A stretch of 63,566 bases of DNA, filler included, from Octopus bimaculoides (Eukaryota): assembly GCF_001194135.2 (NCBI RefSeq). It is 4 parts of 4 records of this genome, joined end to end, with 100 filler letters (N's around TTAATTAATTAA, not from the genome) between each part and the next. Parts side by side here need not be neighbours in the genome. Positions count along the whole stretch, not along the records: positions 31,231 to 55,573 come from NC_068990.1; 3 more parts are not named here. One strand, 5' to 3'. Both the position numbers and the translations under genes were made by a program. This document shows positions 36,291 through 48,593 of the stretch, piece by piece; position 1 is the stretch's first letter, and each line of letters starts with the position of its first letter. The notes below the pieces were generated by a model. It did not search any database. It saw only the letters and a list, made by a program, of their open reading frames with translations, and had not been told where the DNA came from.

Positions 36291-37656
36291 AAAATGGTTG
36301 TAAACAAGTGTTATTGTGATACGGTCCATCTCTGTTTCCAATCTTCAATGAAAACATGTTTGGTCAAGGGGAAATATTTCTTTAGTAGGAAACATGTGAG
36401 GGTTGACATCAAGAAGGGTTTCTGGCCATAGAAAATATGCCTCAACACATTCCATTCAACTCTTGCAAGCATAGAAAAGTGGATGTTAAGACAAAGATGA
36501 TGATAAGGACGACTATAAAGTAAGTCATGAATGTCACACAATCTCATTTTATCCACTTTATAAACACGATTCATTCTGTCAATTATGATATTCAGTTTCA
36601 TGCTTCGACTTTGTTCCTGTGATACAATGGCACTGACTAAATACATATTCCTATTTCTCATGATGGTCCAAGACCCCTAAGGTGTAGGTTTGGAGGAATA
36701 TATAACTCATGGCCTCTTAACCCCTAAAGAATGAGCAATAATTTTGATCCTGTCAGTTGAGAACGTAAATGAAGAGCACTACTTATTTTTTAGTAAGTGG
36801 TTACTTGAAACAAAGGCAGTGGACAACAGAAGAAATTTTCAAAAGGAAACTCCCATCAAGCTAGTGTTTGGCCTGTTAGTTCTTGGTACTTTGAGAGAGC
36901 CAGGCCTACCTAGGTTATAACACCTAGGTGTCCTCCAGCTGTTTTTTAAATACTGTCTTTAGTGGAGATTGATCCTGAGACCTTCAGGCTTAATTCCACT
37001 ACTCCACCTTGTCTGACGTTCCACATCACTTAGCTGATCCACAATAACAGCATGTCGATATTATTATTTTCCTTTAAAGCTTAGAAGATATGGGCCAAAA
37101 CACTTGACTAAGTGGTGATGGTCGGGTCTTCTGCTGTTCAGTGCTCTTGGGAGTTTCTTACCACTTTCCTCCAGAATTGGGAACATCAGAGCTTTGGAGC
37201 CACAGAAATTAATCACTCACACCTTGACAACACAGGCACTTTGGGAAATATGAGATGCAAGTGAAATGGAACCGTGTGCATATGCAACCTCACTTGGTTG
37301 TATTTTTAATGTATTTTCTAAAGAATTGTCTGATGTTTAAAAAAATCCATGAAGCAGAAAGAATCAGGGATTTGGGTATCGGGAGAGATAATGGAAACTG
37401 ATGTTAGGGACCCATTACCTAATATTTATATTTGGTGCTTCCAATAACGAAGGGAGAAAAAGAAGGAAAGAAAGAAAAAATGATAGAAAATGCTATTAGC
37501 CACTGTAGCAAGAATATTTACTTTTGAATATTTTCAAATCCAGACTTGTTAGATTCTGGAAGAGCTTAGAATACAATGTAATTCATTGCAACCACTTTTG
37601 GACAATAAACATATGCAGTTCTATGTATATGTGTTTATATGATCGTATATGCTGAT

Positions 37657-37811
37657 GTAGGTGTGGATTTGTTAATAAGAAGTGTGTTTCTTGACCACAT
37701 GATTGCGGGTTCAGTCCCACTTTGTGGGACCTTCGGCAAGTGTCTATTATTATAGCTTTAGGCCAACCAAAATCCTACGATTTGGTAAACAGAAACTGAA
37801 AAATACCCATT
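37657..37811 (+). mobile_element. SINE family B 5' half
   Basis: GACCACATG..GGGTTCAGTCCCAC..GGCAAGTGTCT..GATTTGGTAAACAGAAACTGAAA. Confidence 0.7.
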
Positions 37812-38161
37812 CTATCTGTCTGTCTGTTTGTCTGTATGTATGTACGTCTCTTCTATTTTTTAATTATTATAAATCTTCCGCTGAGGAGGGACCCTGTTTC
37901 CAGCAAAGTTACAAGGCTCCATTTTTGGGATGTAGTTAACACAGACAAATTCACATTTGGGACTTGAGAAAAGTCTTGCATATTTTTACTGTTCCACTCA
38001 CAGATTGCACTGGTAATGTACGAATTAGCTGGTCGATTACTCTTTCTGAAAATCCCGTTTTATCCAGATTCTCATTTAAGCATTTACTAACAAAAGTTAG
38101 TGCTCCAATTATTATTGGTATGAATATGAAATCAAAGTCTGGATATAGAAGCTGGAGGTAC

Positions 38162-38192
<31 letters not shown>

Positions 38193-38255
38193 TGTATGTA
38201 TGTGTACATGTGTGTGTGGGTGTATTGATGATGTTTTCTGTTTCCTATTTGAAAG

Positions 38256-38468
38256 GTTCCTAGACGAATCTCCCCGATGGCTCCTCAATAAAAAGAGAAC
38301 AAAAGATGCCAACAAAATTCTTAGCAACATCGCCAAACTGAATAAAACAGTTTTGCCTCAAACAGAAATCGTCAACGTTTTCTCATCGAACAATAAAAGA
38401 GTAGAAATCTGGAAAATGTTTACCATTCCTCAGCTTCTAAAACGGACCCTAATTATGATGCTAAACTG
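38256..38468 (+). CDS. SLC22 gene 1, exon encoding the central cytoplasmic loop
   Basis: gaaag|G..TG|gtgagt; FLDESPRWLLNKKRTKDANKILSNIAKLN...LLKRTLIMMLN(W); ESPRWL is the SLC22 signature; 213 nt, phase 2-2. Confidence 0.93.
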
Positions 38469-38754
38469 GTGAGTGATATTACAGTTACCATTTTCTGTGT
38501 ATTCTTTATATTTTATCGTTTACTTGTTTCCCTCATTTGACTGCGGCCAGGCTGGGGCACCGCTTTGAAAAACTTTTACTCGAATTAATTGATACCAGAA
38601 CTCTTTCTATGCCTGGTGCATATTCTATTGGATTCTTTTAAACTAGTAAGTTATGGGGACATAAACAAACCAGCACTGGTCGTCAAGTGGTGGTGTGGGA
38701 CAAACTCATGCACAAAGAACACACATAGTTATATACGCATGCATATGTATATAT

Positions 38755-38920
38755 ATGATGGGCTTCTTTCAGTTTCCATTTATCAAATCCGCTCACAAAG
38801 CTTTGGTCAGCTCATGGTTATGGTAGAAGACATTTGACCAAGGTACCACGCCGTGGGACTGAACCTGGAGCCATGTGGTTGGGGAGTAAGCTTCTTACTA
38901 TACAACCATGCATGCACCTA
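38755..38920 (-). mobile_element. SINE family B 5' half, antisense
   Basis: Reverse complement aligns with 37657-37811 and 12862-13020. Confidence 0.75.
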
Positions 38921-38924
38921 TATT

Positions 38925-40440
38925 GATCGGGAAAGCCTCCGGCCCATCAGGAATCACCGCAGAGGTACTTAAAATATCTGGCGGTGTAGGCTATAGTCTA
39001 GTTACCTGTATAGTCAACCAAGTGAGTCATACCCAATGATTGATGTAGCAGCACCATAGTCAACTGCTACAAAGGTAAAGGTGACGCATTAGATACAAAT
39101 AATTACAGAGGTATCAAGTTGTTGGATCAGGTGATGAATGTCACGGAGAGGGCCATAGCCCAACTAATTAGGGAGAGAGTCAATTTAAATGAGATGCAGT
39201 TTGGGTTCGTGCCAAGGAAAAGCACCACTGATGCTATATTTCTGGTAAGACAGCTGCAGGAGAAATACCTAACCAAAGATAAACCTCTGTACTTGGCTTT
39301 CATTGACATGGAGAAAGCCATTGACAGAGTCCCCCGATCCCCTATCTGATGGTCTTTGCGGAAACTAGGCATAGATGTGTGGTCAGTGAGAGCTGTACAA
39401 GCTATGTACAGTAGGGTGTGTGTTGGCAACGAGTATAGAGAAGAATTCCGGGTAGGTGTAGGGTCTACCAAGGATCAATCTTCAGCCCCCTCTTATTTAT
39501 CATAGTCCTCCAGGCAATAACAGAGGAATTCAAGACAGGATGCCCCTGGCAGCTCCTCTATGCTGATGACCTGGCTCTAATAGATGAATCACTATAAAAA
39601 CTAGAGGAAAAGTCACTATTAAAACTGTGGAAGCAAGTGTCTTAGAGTCAATCTAGCAAAAACCAAAGCCTTAGTAAGTAGGAAGGCAGACAAATCACAA
39701 ATCCCTTCAGGTAGATGGCTCTGCTCGATCTTAGAAAAGGCGTAGGTAGAAACTCCATAAGATGTACCCAGTGTAAGCTATGGAGACTTAAGAGGTGCAG
39801 CAATATCAAAGGAAGGCTAACTGGGAAGATAGTTTTTGTGTGTGGTAAATGCACGAGGGCAATAAGCATTGAAAATGTGCAGAAAACAGTTTCCGTCACA
39901 TGCCAGGGGGGAAAACTAGAAGTAGTTGATAGCTTCCGTTACCTAGGTGATCAAGTCAGTAGCTGCTAGAATAAGAATATCATGGGAAAATTTCAGAGAG
40001 ATTCTAACTCTGCTGGTAACGAAAGTCCTCTCGCTCAGAGTGAAAGGTACACTGCATGACGCATGTGTGCGAACAGCCATGCTACACGACAGTGAAACAT
40101 GGGCTGTGACTGCTGAGAACATGCGTTAGCTTGCAAGAAATGAATCTCCGCTGGTTGTGTAATATCAGTGTGCATACACGTCAAAGTGTAAGTGCCTTGA
40201 GAGAAAAGTTGGGCATAAGAAGCATCAGATGTGGTGTGCAAGACAGAGACGACTACGCTGGTATGGCCATGTGTTGCGTATGGATGAGGACAGCTGTGTG
40301 AAAAAGTGTCACACCCTAAGAGTGGAGGGAACTTGTGGAAGAGGGAGACCCAAGAAGACTTGGGATGAGGGGATGAAGCGCGACCTTCAAATGTTGGGCC
40401 TCACGGAGGCAATGACAAGCGACCGAAACCTTTGAAGATA
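38925..40440 (+). mobile_element. RTE-clade LINE RT fragment (intronic)
   Basis: NYRGIKLLDQVM..QFGFVPRKSTTDAIFLVRQLQEKY..AFIDMEKA..LLYADDL..RRLRWYGHVLRM..GRGRPKKTW. Confidence 0.9.
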
Positions 40441-40677
40441 TAAACATAAACATCACACAAGCACATAAACAAACACGCCACATAAACATATAAACCATCT
40501 ACTCACCATGTATCCAACACACTAAAGTTAACTGGCTCTCATTGGCTAACTCTGTCTCAGTTAAGTTGTCTTAGTTGTCTATATTAGACAGTTAGTTGTA
40601 TAACTTTACTTGTTGTTGGTCAGCAACTTTTATCCAATCATTCATATTATATAAAATATTTCATTTCTTTTATATAG

Positions 40678-40904
40678 GACGACTGTGAGCTTGGTATATT
40701 ACGGCCTTACTTTTAATGTTGGCAAATTGTATGGCAATCTCTATGTAAATTTTTTTTTGAATTCGGTTGTCGAGTTTCCAGCGAACATTCTCTGTATCCT
40801 TCTGTTAAATCGTGTTGGAAGAAAAAAAATGTATGCTAGCCTGATGGTTTTGGCTGGAGTTGCTTGTATTGCTGGAATATTTCCCGTCCTCTATGGCACT
40901 AAAG
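40678..40904 (+). CDS. SLC22 gene 1, exon (TM7-TM9)
   Basis: tatatag|G..AAAG|gtgaac; TTVSLVYYGLTFNVGKLYGNLYVNFFLNSVVEFPANILCILLLNRVGRKKMYASLMVLAGVACIAGIFPVLYGTK; phase 2 to phase 1. The donor is weak but is the one that keeps frame with the next exon. Confidence 0.9.
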
Positions 40905-40914
40905 GTGAACAAAC

Positions 40915-40979
40915 CATTATTATTATTGTTGTTATTATTATTGTTGCTGTTATTATTATTGCTGTTGTAGTTATTGTTG

Positions 40980-41043
<64 letters not shown>

Positions 41044-41045
41044 CA
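40915..41045. repeat. (ATT)n/(GTT) microsatellite
   Basis: Directly visible; further (ATT)n tracts at 41210-41226 and 41569-41650. Confidence 0.95.
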
Positions 41046-41567
41046 TTGTTCAGTAGTTTTACTTTTGTAACGTGCTTTCACTTCACTACCAAGCGCAGCT
41101 CTGTGCGCCTTGGGTATGTGCTGTGGTTAGCTGTGATGCTCTTATGGTTACTGTATTGAAAGTGTTTTGCGTAGGATGTGTGCAGTGCCCAGTAGTGCAA
41201 TTTTCTGTGTTATTATTATTATTATTCATTTGTCTTATTTTTATAGCGTGCTTTCATTTCACTACCGAGCGCAGTTCTGTGTGCCATGGGTATGTGCTGT
41301 GGTTTGCTGTGGTTTGCTGTGGTTTGCTGTGATCCTCTTATGGTCACTGTATTGAAAGTATTCTGCGTAGGATGTGTGCAGTGCCCAATAGTGCAATTTT
41401 CTGTATGTTATATATATTTGTAAGTCCTGGTGTTTTTGTTATGTATTTGTCTGAATATTTTTTTTTATCATACCTAAGGCACCTACTATGATAGGAATTG
41501 TTTCTGTTTTTAGATTCTGCATTCGAGTTACCTCTATTTCCAGGTCTTTGTATTTTGAAAGTTTCTC

Positions 41568-41568
<1 letters not shown>
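41046..41568 (-). mobile_element. Two 5'-truncated R4/Dong-type (RLE) non-LTR retrotransposon 3' ends within TAA repeats
   Basis: Copies 41046-41210 and 41227-41568; KLSKYKDLEIEVTRM..IPIIVGALG..NIQKIALLGTAHILRRILSIQ* is an RLE C-terminus; each copy is bounded by (TAA)n. Confidence 0.8.
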
Positions 41569-41633
<65 letters not shown>

Positions 41634-41879
41634 TACTACTACTACTACTATTACCAATGTTTATGCCAACCATATATCTATAGAGTTGAATCTATGCTTG
41701 TTAATCATATGTTTATTTTTCTTTCTTACTAATCTTATTTGTATCGCTGTTTTTGTTATTATTTAGCTTAGTTAAATAAGACTGCTTGTTGTTTTTATTT
41801 TCATTTTTGTTAGAGTCACTATCAAGCTTCATCGTATTTAATATTCTATCATTTCCGGGAATTTTATAAGTATTTTAAT

Positions 41880-42790
41880 TCTGGATACACCAAATGTTGT
41901 CCTTATACCCAGCCTCAGATAATGCGTGGTTATAGTAATTTTGATTTTGTGAAAGATACATACTCACTAGCAGAAGGCCTTGAAATACGATTTGATATAT
42001 GTTTAACGATATAGTCTATGATGCTCCTAGAATGATTAGAAGTTTTACTCACTTACCTTAAGCACTCATTCTGTCTATTATACGGTTGGTGTAGTTCAGT
42101 ACTGAAATCCACTGTAACATAAAAGAATGTAACTTTAGTATGATAATTTTCTCTCGAGATAGAGAGGCCAAGATGCTTAAAGAATTGAAGAAGTTTTTGT
42201 TTCCGGAACCTTTGTAGATTAACCTTATTAGTCATAGAGATAAGGAAAAGTGCGTCAATTCTATATAATCCACCCCTAATTCAGGTCATTCAATATGAAT
42301 ACAGATAAGAATGTAAATACCCACAAAATCAGTTACTTGAGCTGAGTCACGGAACCCCATAGTAATGTCGAAATAGTCCGAGTTCAGTTCTTTCCATCGA
42401 ATTCAATTGTGGTTTTCCTAGCCATTAGTATTGTATTAATTTCACGCTTGGATGAATCTGAATTCTTCATTGCGAAAATTAAGGCCATATTAGATATTAT
42501 AGGGTTCATGGATGAGTAGTAACTTGATGTGTCAAACTGAATGAATTTCGTTCGCTTTTTTCGTTCCTAATATTCATGAACCAATCAATTACTTCCAATG
42601 AATTAGACCACAAATATAATTTAATATTTTGTCTAAGCTTAGGAATATGTTTAACAATAATAAATTTACAAATTTTACCAATATCTGATTTAGATGGGTA
42701 AAGTAGACTAACTTGTGGATTGGCATTATGTAATTCTACGAATCTTAGTAAATACATTTGGGATTTAAAAGATAGAAACATTAAGTAAGA
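41880..42790 (-). mobile_element. Penelope-like element reverse transcriptase relic
   Basis: PQVSLLYPSKSDIGKICK..LWSNSLEVIDWF and QKLLQFFKHLGLSIS..KVTFFYVTVDF..QPY resemble PLE RT blocks. Confidence 0.65.
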
Positions 42791-43169
42791 TTTAAAGGGA
42801 TCTGTTATTAGTTACGCGCCATAGTACAATTGTGGTAATTTTAAATGTGATCTTTGCCTTGAGGCATTATGTAATTACATCTAAATTAATATTATTGAAT
42901 TATAAAAGGAACTTTACAATGAAATGTCCTTACAAATATAGAAAAGCATTTAAATATTTTAGTTCTAAATAACCCATTAAATGTAATTGTTTTTTTTATA
43001 TAATATGATACGCATAGTTTTTCTAAAACTTTTAGCGTATTTAATAGATAGATAACTAATTGTTGTGGCGTAGAATTTGTATGAGGGGTGGGGCTGAAAG
43101 TTCCTGGCTTCAGGTAAAAGGAAATACAGAAGGATCGGTTAATTGTGATTTTATTCAACATATTCCCTT

Positions 43170-43700
43170 TTCAGATTCACACACATATTGCAGCGGTCCT
43201 TCAGTTTTTAAATCCTGTAAAAAGAAATCGAAATGTTGGGCCTCCAACCAAGCGTCTGTAGCAGCAATCACATCCAAATTGGAGTGAAATTCTGTTCCCT
43301 TGATGACTGTCTTCAGTTGGGGAAGGAAGGAAGTGATAGTCGGAGGGGGCCAAGCCAGAAGAGCAAGGTGGATGGACTACCTGTTCGAAACCGAAGTCGC
43401 ATGTTTTCTGTAGTTTCACGTGCTGTGTGTGCTAGTGCTTTGTCCTGCAAAAAAAAAAAAAAGATATTACGGCTCAGCTTTCCACGGTGTTTCTGCTTCA
43501 AATCTTCCTGCAGTTCACCCAACAGAGACATGTAGTATTCTGTATTGATAGGCGACCCTTTGGCTGGTATTTTATGAGCAGTACTCTGTCTTTGTCCCAG
43601 AATACTGAAGCCAGAATCTTTCCAGCTGACATCTGGCTCTGAAATTTCTTGGGACGCAGTGAACCGTTGTGGCACCAGTCCATTGACTGCTGCTTGGTCT
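43170..43700 (-). mobile_element. mariner transposase fragment
   Basis: RPKKFQSQMSAGKILASVFWD..INTEYY..LLGEL..LQDKALAH..HPPCSSGLAPSDYHF. Confidence 0.85.
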
Positions 43701-44539
43701 GGGGATCATAATCGTAATGCTAAGTTAAATGGGCAAAAAAGAGAAAGATATATTGTATACCATCGAAATGTTTTGTATATCCTCTCATAAATAGTTGTCT
43801 TACTTCTCCTGTGAAGTTAAGGGCAATACACTTTCACTTTCAGAACCCCCCTCGTATACACACACATACGTGTGTGTCTTTATCTAGGTGTGTGTGTATC
43901 TTTGTCCTCCACCAATGCTTCACACCAGTGTTGGTGTTTTTATGTCCCTGTAACTTGACAGTTCAGCTAAAGAAATCAAAATAAAAGGTACCAGGCATAA
44001 CAAATATAAATAAAAAAACAGATAGAAACAAAGAATATATAAATAAATATATACATACACACGCATACATATTATGTAGGTAGGTAGGGTAAATCGCAGC
44101 TGTTTCCTCTTGAATAACATCTGCTTATTCCATTATTACAATTCAATATGTAATTTACTGTTGTTGTTGTTGTTGTTGTATTGATGCGAGGTATATATGA
44201 GAGTTGGAAATTCTGGAAATATTGTTTGCAGAGTTATTTTATAACAAATCAGGAAGTTGGAACATTCTTTAATATTATTTATTCGCCATTACACATGTTT
44301 CATTTGTGAATAGGAACTACAGAGTTTTACATGTTAGATAAGCATGTCAGAAATTTCTTATTAGAAATTCTTCAGACAGAGAAGTAAAGAACCCAAAACT
44401 TACATTTGGCTGAAATAGAGTTTAAATAGATTTAATAAACATGAGTTTTATAAGAAGTTGGGGGGGGGGGAGAAGGGAGAGTAAATTAAAAAGTAAAGAA
44501 AAGAGAAGAGAGAATTACACACACACATAAGGAATAATG

Positions 44540-45160
44540 CCATCTTCTCTGATGAATCCTCGTTCACTCTATTTTATAAATTTGGCTGAGTTTATATCTA
44601 GAGACAGTGGAAAGAAGCCTTCAACGCCGACTCTTTAGCCCCAACTGCAAAGAATGGAAGTGGCTCTGTGATGATTTAGGCAGCCATAATATGAAATTCT
44701 CTTGGCACGACATGGCAGATTTAACGCTAAGGATTATCTAAGTATTTTAGCTAATCATATCCATCCAACGGTGAAAATGTTGTTCCCTGATGGGAGCACA
44801 ATCTTCCAGGGCAATAATGTGACAATTTACATGATTGTTATTCAGAATTATAAGAAAAGCACAAAAATGAAGTAGACCACGCCTACAATCATTCCAACCA
44901 AACATGACTGAACATTTTTGATGCATTTTGGGATAACAAGGGAGAAGACGTTTCCTTCCACCATTGTTATGGAAAAATGTAAACAAGGTTTTATTTAAAG
45001 AATAGATCAAAATTCTCTTAACAACATCCAGGACTTGTACAAGTCAATTCCGCAACATATTAAATCTGTAATTAATGCTAAACGTAGACCAATTCCATAT
45101 TAAATAATAAAACTTCTATTTAATCCGGTGCTTCCATTATTCTATCCAAAGTCTTTTAGA
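44540..45160 (+). mobile_element. Tc1-like transposase fragment
   Basis: FSDESSF..APTAKNGSGSVMI..DYLSILANHIHP..IFQGNN, with degraded downstream motifs. Confidence 0.65.
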
Positions 45161-45311
45161 GAAGTCAGAGAATGGATTATTGAAATTATGTACAGCTTAG
45201 TCAGCCATTCAGAGAATTATATTAAGGGTCCACATGTCTGTGAAATACCGAAAAGGGTTGTTTTTGTCTTTTTTACTTTAAGATTCTGTCTTTTATCTTT
45301 TTCTTTTTCAG

Positions 45312-45493
45312 CACGTCGATGGATACTAACTGCCAGTTCGATATTCGGCCGTTTGTTTATCACTGCAGCTTTTGGAATTGTGTATTTATACACTTTGGAA
45401 TTATATCCAACTTGTATAAGAAACGGTGCATTGGGGGTTTTGTCCACCTTTGCACGTTTTGGCGGCAGTGTGGCACCTTACACTCTCAATCTT
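45312..45493 (+). CDS. SLC22 gene 1, exon (TM10-TM11)
   Basis: ctttttcag|CA..CTT|gtaagt; (A)RRWILTASSIFGRLFITAAFGIVYLYTLELYPTCIRNGALGVLSTFARFGGSVAPYTLNL; ELYPT..R is the SLC22 motif; phase 1 to phase 0. Confidence 0.93.
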
Positions 45494-45849
45494 GTAAGTA
45501 TTTAGATTCTTTCAGACTTCGCATTTGTTTTGTTGTTCGCCCCTTTTGTTAGTCCACCCATCGTGGGACCAGCACAACTAGTAAAGAGATAAAGTTAGGC
45601 TTATCTTTCTATGGATTTACATAACAACATACGAATAAGGGAATATGATCCATCAGACCAGGCACAATGGCTATAAACCTTTTGTTACCGTATTTGGGAT
45701 GAAATACACTGTATTTGTTTCAAAGAATTTAGTAAAATAGCTGAGCCTTTTCTTACCACATTTCTGAAATACACAGCCTTTGTTTTAATTAATTTTGAAA
45801 TAACGAAGAATTTAGTGAAATAACTTTGTCATTATTAAGCTGCTACTCC

Positions 45850-46065
45850 AGGTGGTGAGCTGGCAGAATCATTAACAAACTGGAACGAATGCTTAGCAGC
45901 ATTTCGTCCGTCTTTACATTCTGTGTTGAAATTCCACTGAGGTCAACTTTGCTTTTCATCTTTTCAGGATCGATAAAATAAGTACCAGTTAGATATTGGG
46001 GTTGATATAGTTGACCTACCCAACTCCCTCTAAATTGCTGGCCTTGTGCCAAAATTTGAAACCAT
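45850..46065 (+). mobile_element. SINE family C
   Basis: GGTGGTGAGCTGGCAGAATC..TGCTTAGCAGCATTTCGTCCGTCTTTACATTCTG..GATAAAATAAGTACCAG. Confidence 0.8.
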
Positions 46066-46654
46066 TGTTATGCTGCTAATTTAACAATAAAACAAACTCG
46101 CTCTGCCTTTCTCTCGCGTTGGTTTAGTCCAGTCGGACATTTTTAATTTCTCCTTTGCGTTACTCCACATTTGTCTGTCTGCTAGACCCCGACTTTTTGT
46201 TGTTGTTGTTTTTGTATATGTATTATTTTTTGTTATATATGTATTATTTTTTGTTGTTTATGTATTTTTTTGTTGCTGTCTTCACTTGTCTCTAAGGCCA
46301 TATTCTGTCTATTTATCTTATTTTGTCCCTCATCCGTCCACAAACAGTCTCGAATCACTTTCATCCACTTTCGTTTCTCCATTTCCGTATACCTTTTTTT
46401 ATTCTTGTTTATCCGTCTCATTTCGTCTTGTCATGTTTTGGTTGCCTCCAGTGTGGAAGAAATATCAATAATGGCACGAAATTGCACCTGAGCCCTTGGT
46501 CGATAACTGATGAGGAGTTAGTGGCTTTCTGTGTTTGTTCTCCATTCATCTCACCTTCGTGTCTTTTTGCCATTCATTTGTTTATTACTATACGTATTTG
46601 ACTTCTGAAAACATTATTCACGTAACGCACTCCTTGTTTTTGTACGTATACGTG

Positions 46655-46736
<82 letters not shown>

Positions 46737-46840
46737 TAAATTAAAACAGGGTTGACTATAAGTGTGCTTGTTCAGTAATGACCTGTTGCCAAACAACAAC
46801 AAAATAAACAAAATCATATTTTTTCTGGGTTTTTTTTCAG

Positions 46841-47008
46841 TCAGATTTGGTTTCTGGTAAGGTTGGTCGAATAATGCCAATGGTTCTTATGGGAGCACTT
46901 TCCATAATCGCGGGGCTATTGTCATTGCTGTTACCTGAAACAAACAACCGGAAAATGATGGACAACTTCAATGATGTGACCAAATCTGGAGAACTGGAGT
47001 TAGCGTAG
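46841..47008 (+). CDS. SLC22 gene 1, probable last coding exon (TM12, C-tail)
   Basis: tttttttcag|TCA; SDLVSGKVGRIMPMVLMGALSIIAGLLSLLLPETNNRKMMDNFNDVTKSGELELA*; LPET motif; TAG at 47006-47008. An overlapping GC|GTAGGT donor could allow one more exon. Confidence 0.88.
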   Translation, partial: SDLVSGKVGRIMPMVLMGALSIIAGLLSLLLPETNNRKMMDNFNDVTKSGELELA

Positions 47009-47029
47009 GTGTCTCTCATATGATTTAAA

Positions 47030-47243
47030 CATCATCCTCGTCACCACCACTACCATCATCATCACCATCAGTAGTAGCATCATGATTGTCATCATCATCA
47101 TCAATATCATCATCATCATCTTTGTTATCATTATCATCATCATTATTATCGTTGTCATCAACATAACCATCACCAATATAATTATCATCATCATCTCCAT
47201 TGTCAACATTATTGCAATCATCATCATCATTGTTGTCATCATT

Positions 47244-47291
<48 letters not shown>

Positions 47292-47313
47292 GTCATCATC
47301 ATCATCATCATCA
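47030..47313. repeat. Degenerate (CAT)n microsatellite
   Basis: Directly visible; gives spurious poly-Met/Ile ORFs. Confidence 0.95.
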
Positions 47314-48050
47314 TAATTTATATCATATTTCNNNNNNNNNNATGTACGTACGTATTTATTTATTTATGTATGTATGTATGTATGTATGTATGTATGTATG
47401 TATGTATGTATGTATGTACGTAGGTACGTACATGTGTGAGCACACGCACACTAACACACACACACATAGACAGACAGATAGATAGATGGAGTGTAGGCAA
47501 AGACAACAGTTTTTTAGAATAACTAAACTTTATCACTAACCAATCTTTGCAGCTATTCAGACTTTATTATTACCATTGATGACATTCAACCATTATTAAA
47601 ATCAGAAGAGGAAACAATATATGGAGAGGCACTGAAAACTGTAGGCAGGCACAGTACACATGTATGTGGTTAGCATTTAATCTATGCTGAGACGCTAATA
47701 TTACATCAGGGGAAAAAGAAGACTTCAGAAAAGAGGCAGGGTCAGCAGTGACTGTTTTTCTCTCGTCTCAGTGTATTTACTGCATTGACCAGGCAATAAA
47801 TAGGCTGAGATTTCGCTAAAACGAACCCCACCGAGGTCAACTCGGTCAGATTTGAACTGAGAATGCAAAGGACCAGAAGAAATACCACAAACCATTTAGT
47901 CCAACACTTGAACGGTTCTACCAATGCCCACACCCCAACAACTATCACAACTACTATTATGATTCAAAATTTAAAAAAAAAAAGACAGTGACAGGTGAGG
48001 GAACAACAAACAAGGTGTATTAGTTAGATGCTCAGGAGAAATGGAAGAAG

Positions 48051-48089
48051 TCTTTGATGTTTCGAGCCTATGCTCTTCAACTGAAAGGA
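48051..48089 (-). ncRNA. Decayed minimal hammerhead-like motif, same family as 2813-2850
   Basis: Minus strand CTTT-CAGTTGA-A-GAGC-ATAG-GCTC-GAAAC-ATC-AAAG; the flank at 47990-48050 is homologous to 2750-2812. Confidence 0.3.
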
Positions 48090-48437
48090 ATGAGGAGAGA
48101 AAACAGATGGAGGAAGGGAAAAAGAAATTGTGTCTGGGTTAACTACTGCTACTACTGATGGTGATGATGATGATAATAATGATAATAATTATAATGATAC
48201 TTTGTTGCGTCTGGGGAGTCATTCTCCTTTAGTGCCTTATTATTCAACACACTCACTGTTAAAGTTTCCCCTCATTTACTTATTTATAGAAAAATAAAGA
48301 AATAAATGAGTGGAAATTTTACCAGTGGGTGCATTATATAATAAGGCACTAAAACAAAAGGACTCTCCCCAGACTCAACAAAATATACTTCAACACACGA
48401 ACTCACATAAAGAATCTTACAAACCAAATCCAAAAAC

Positions 48438-48504
<67 letters not shown>

Positions 48505-48542
48505 AAGAAGAAGAAGAAGAAGAAGAAGAAGAAGAAGAAGAA

Positions 48543-48573
<31 letters not shown>

Positions 48574-48593
48574 AAGAAGAAGAAGAAGAAGAA
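48438..48593. repeat. Compound (AAT)n-(AAG)n microsatellite
   Basis: Directly visible. Confidence 0.95.

Noticed and set aside
46505-46530. CTGATGAG motif (also CTGATGAA at ~44549)
   Set aside because: No partner GAAA/stem III; the 44549 hit is the FSDES codons of the Tc1 fragment.
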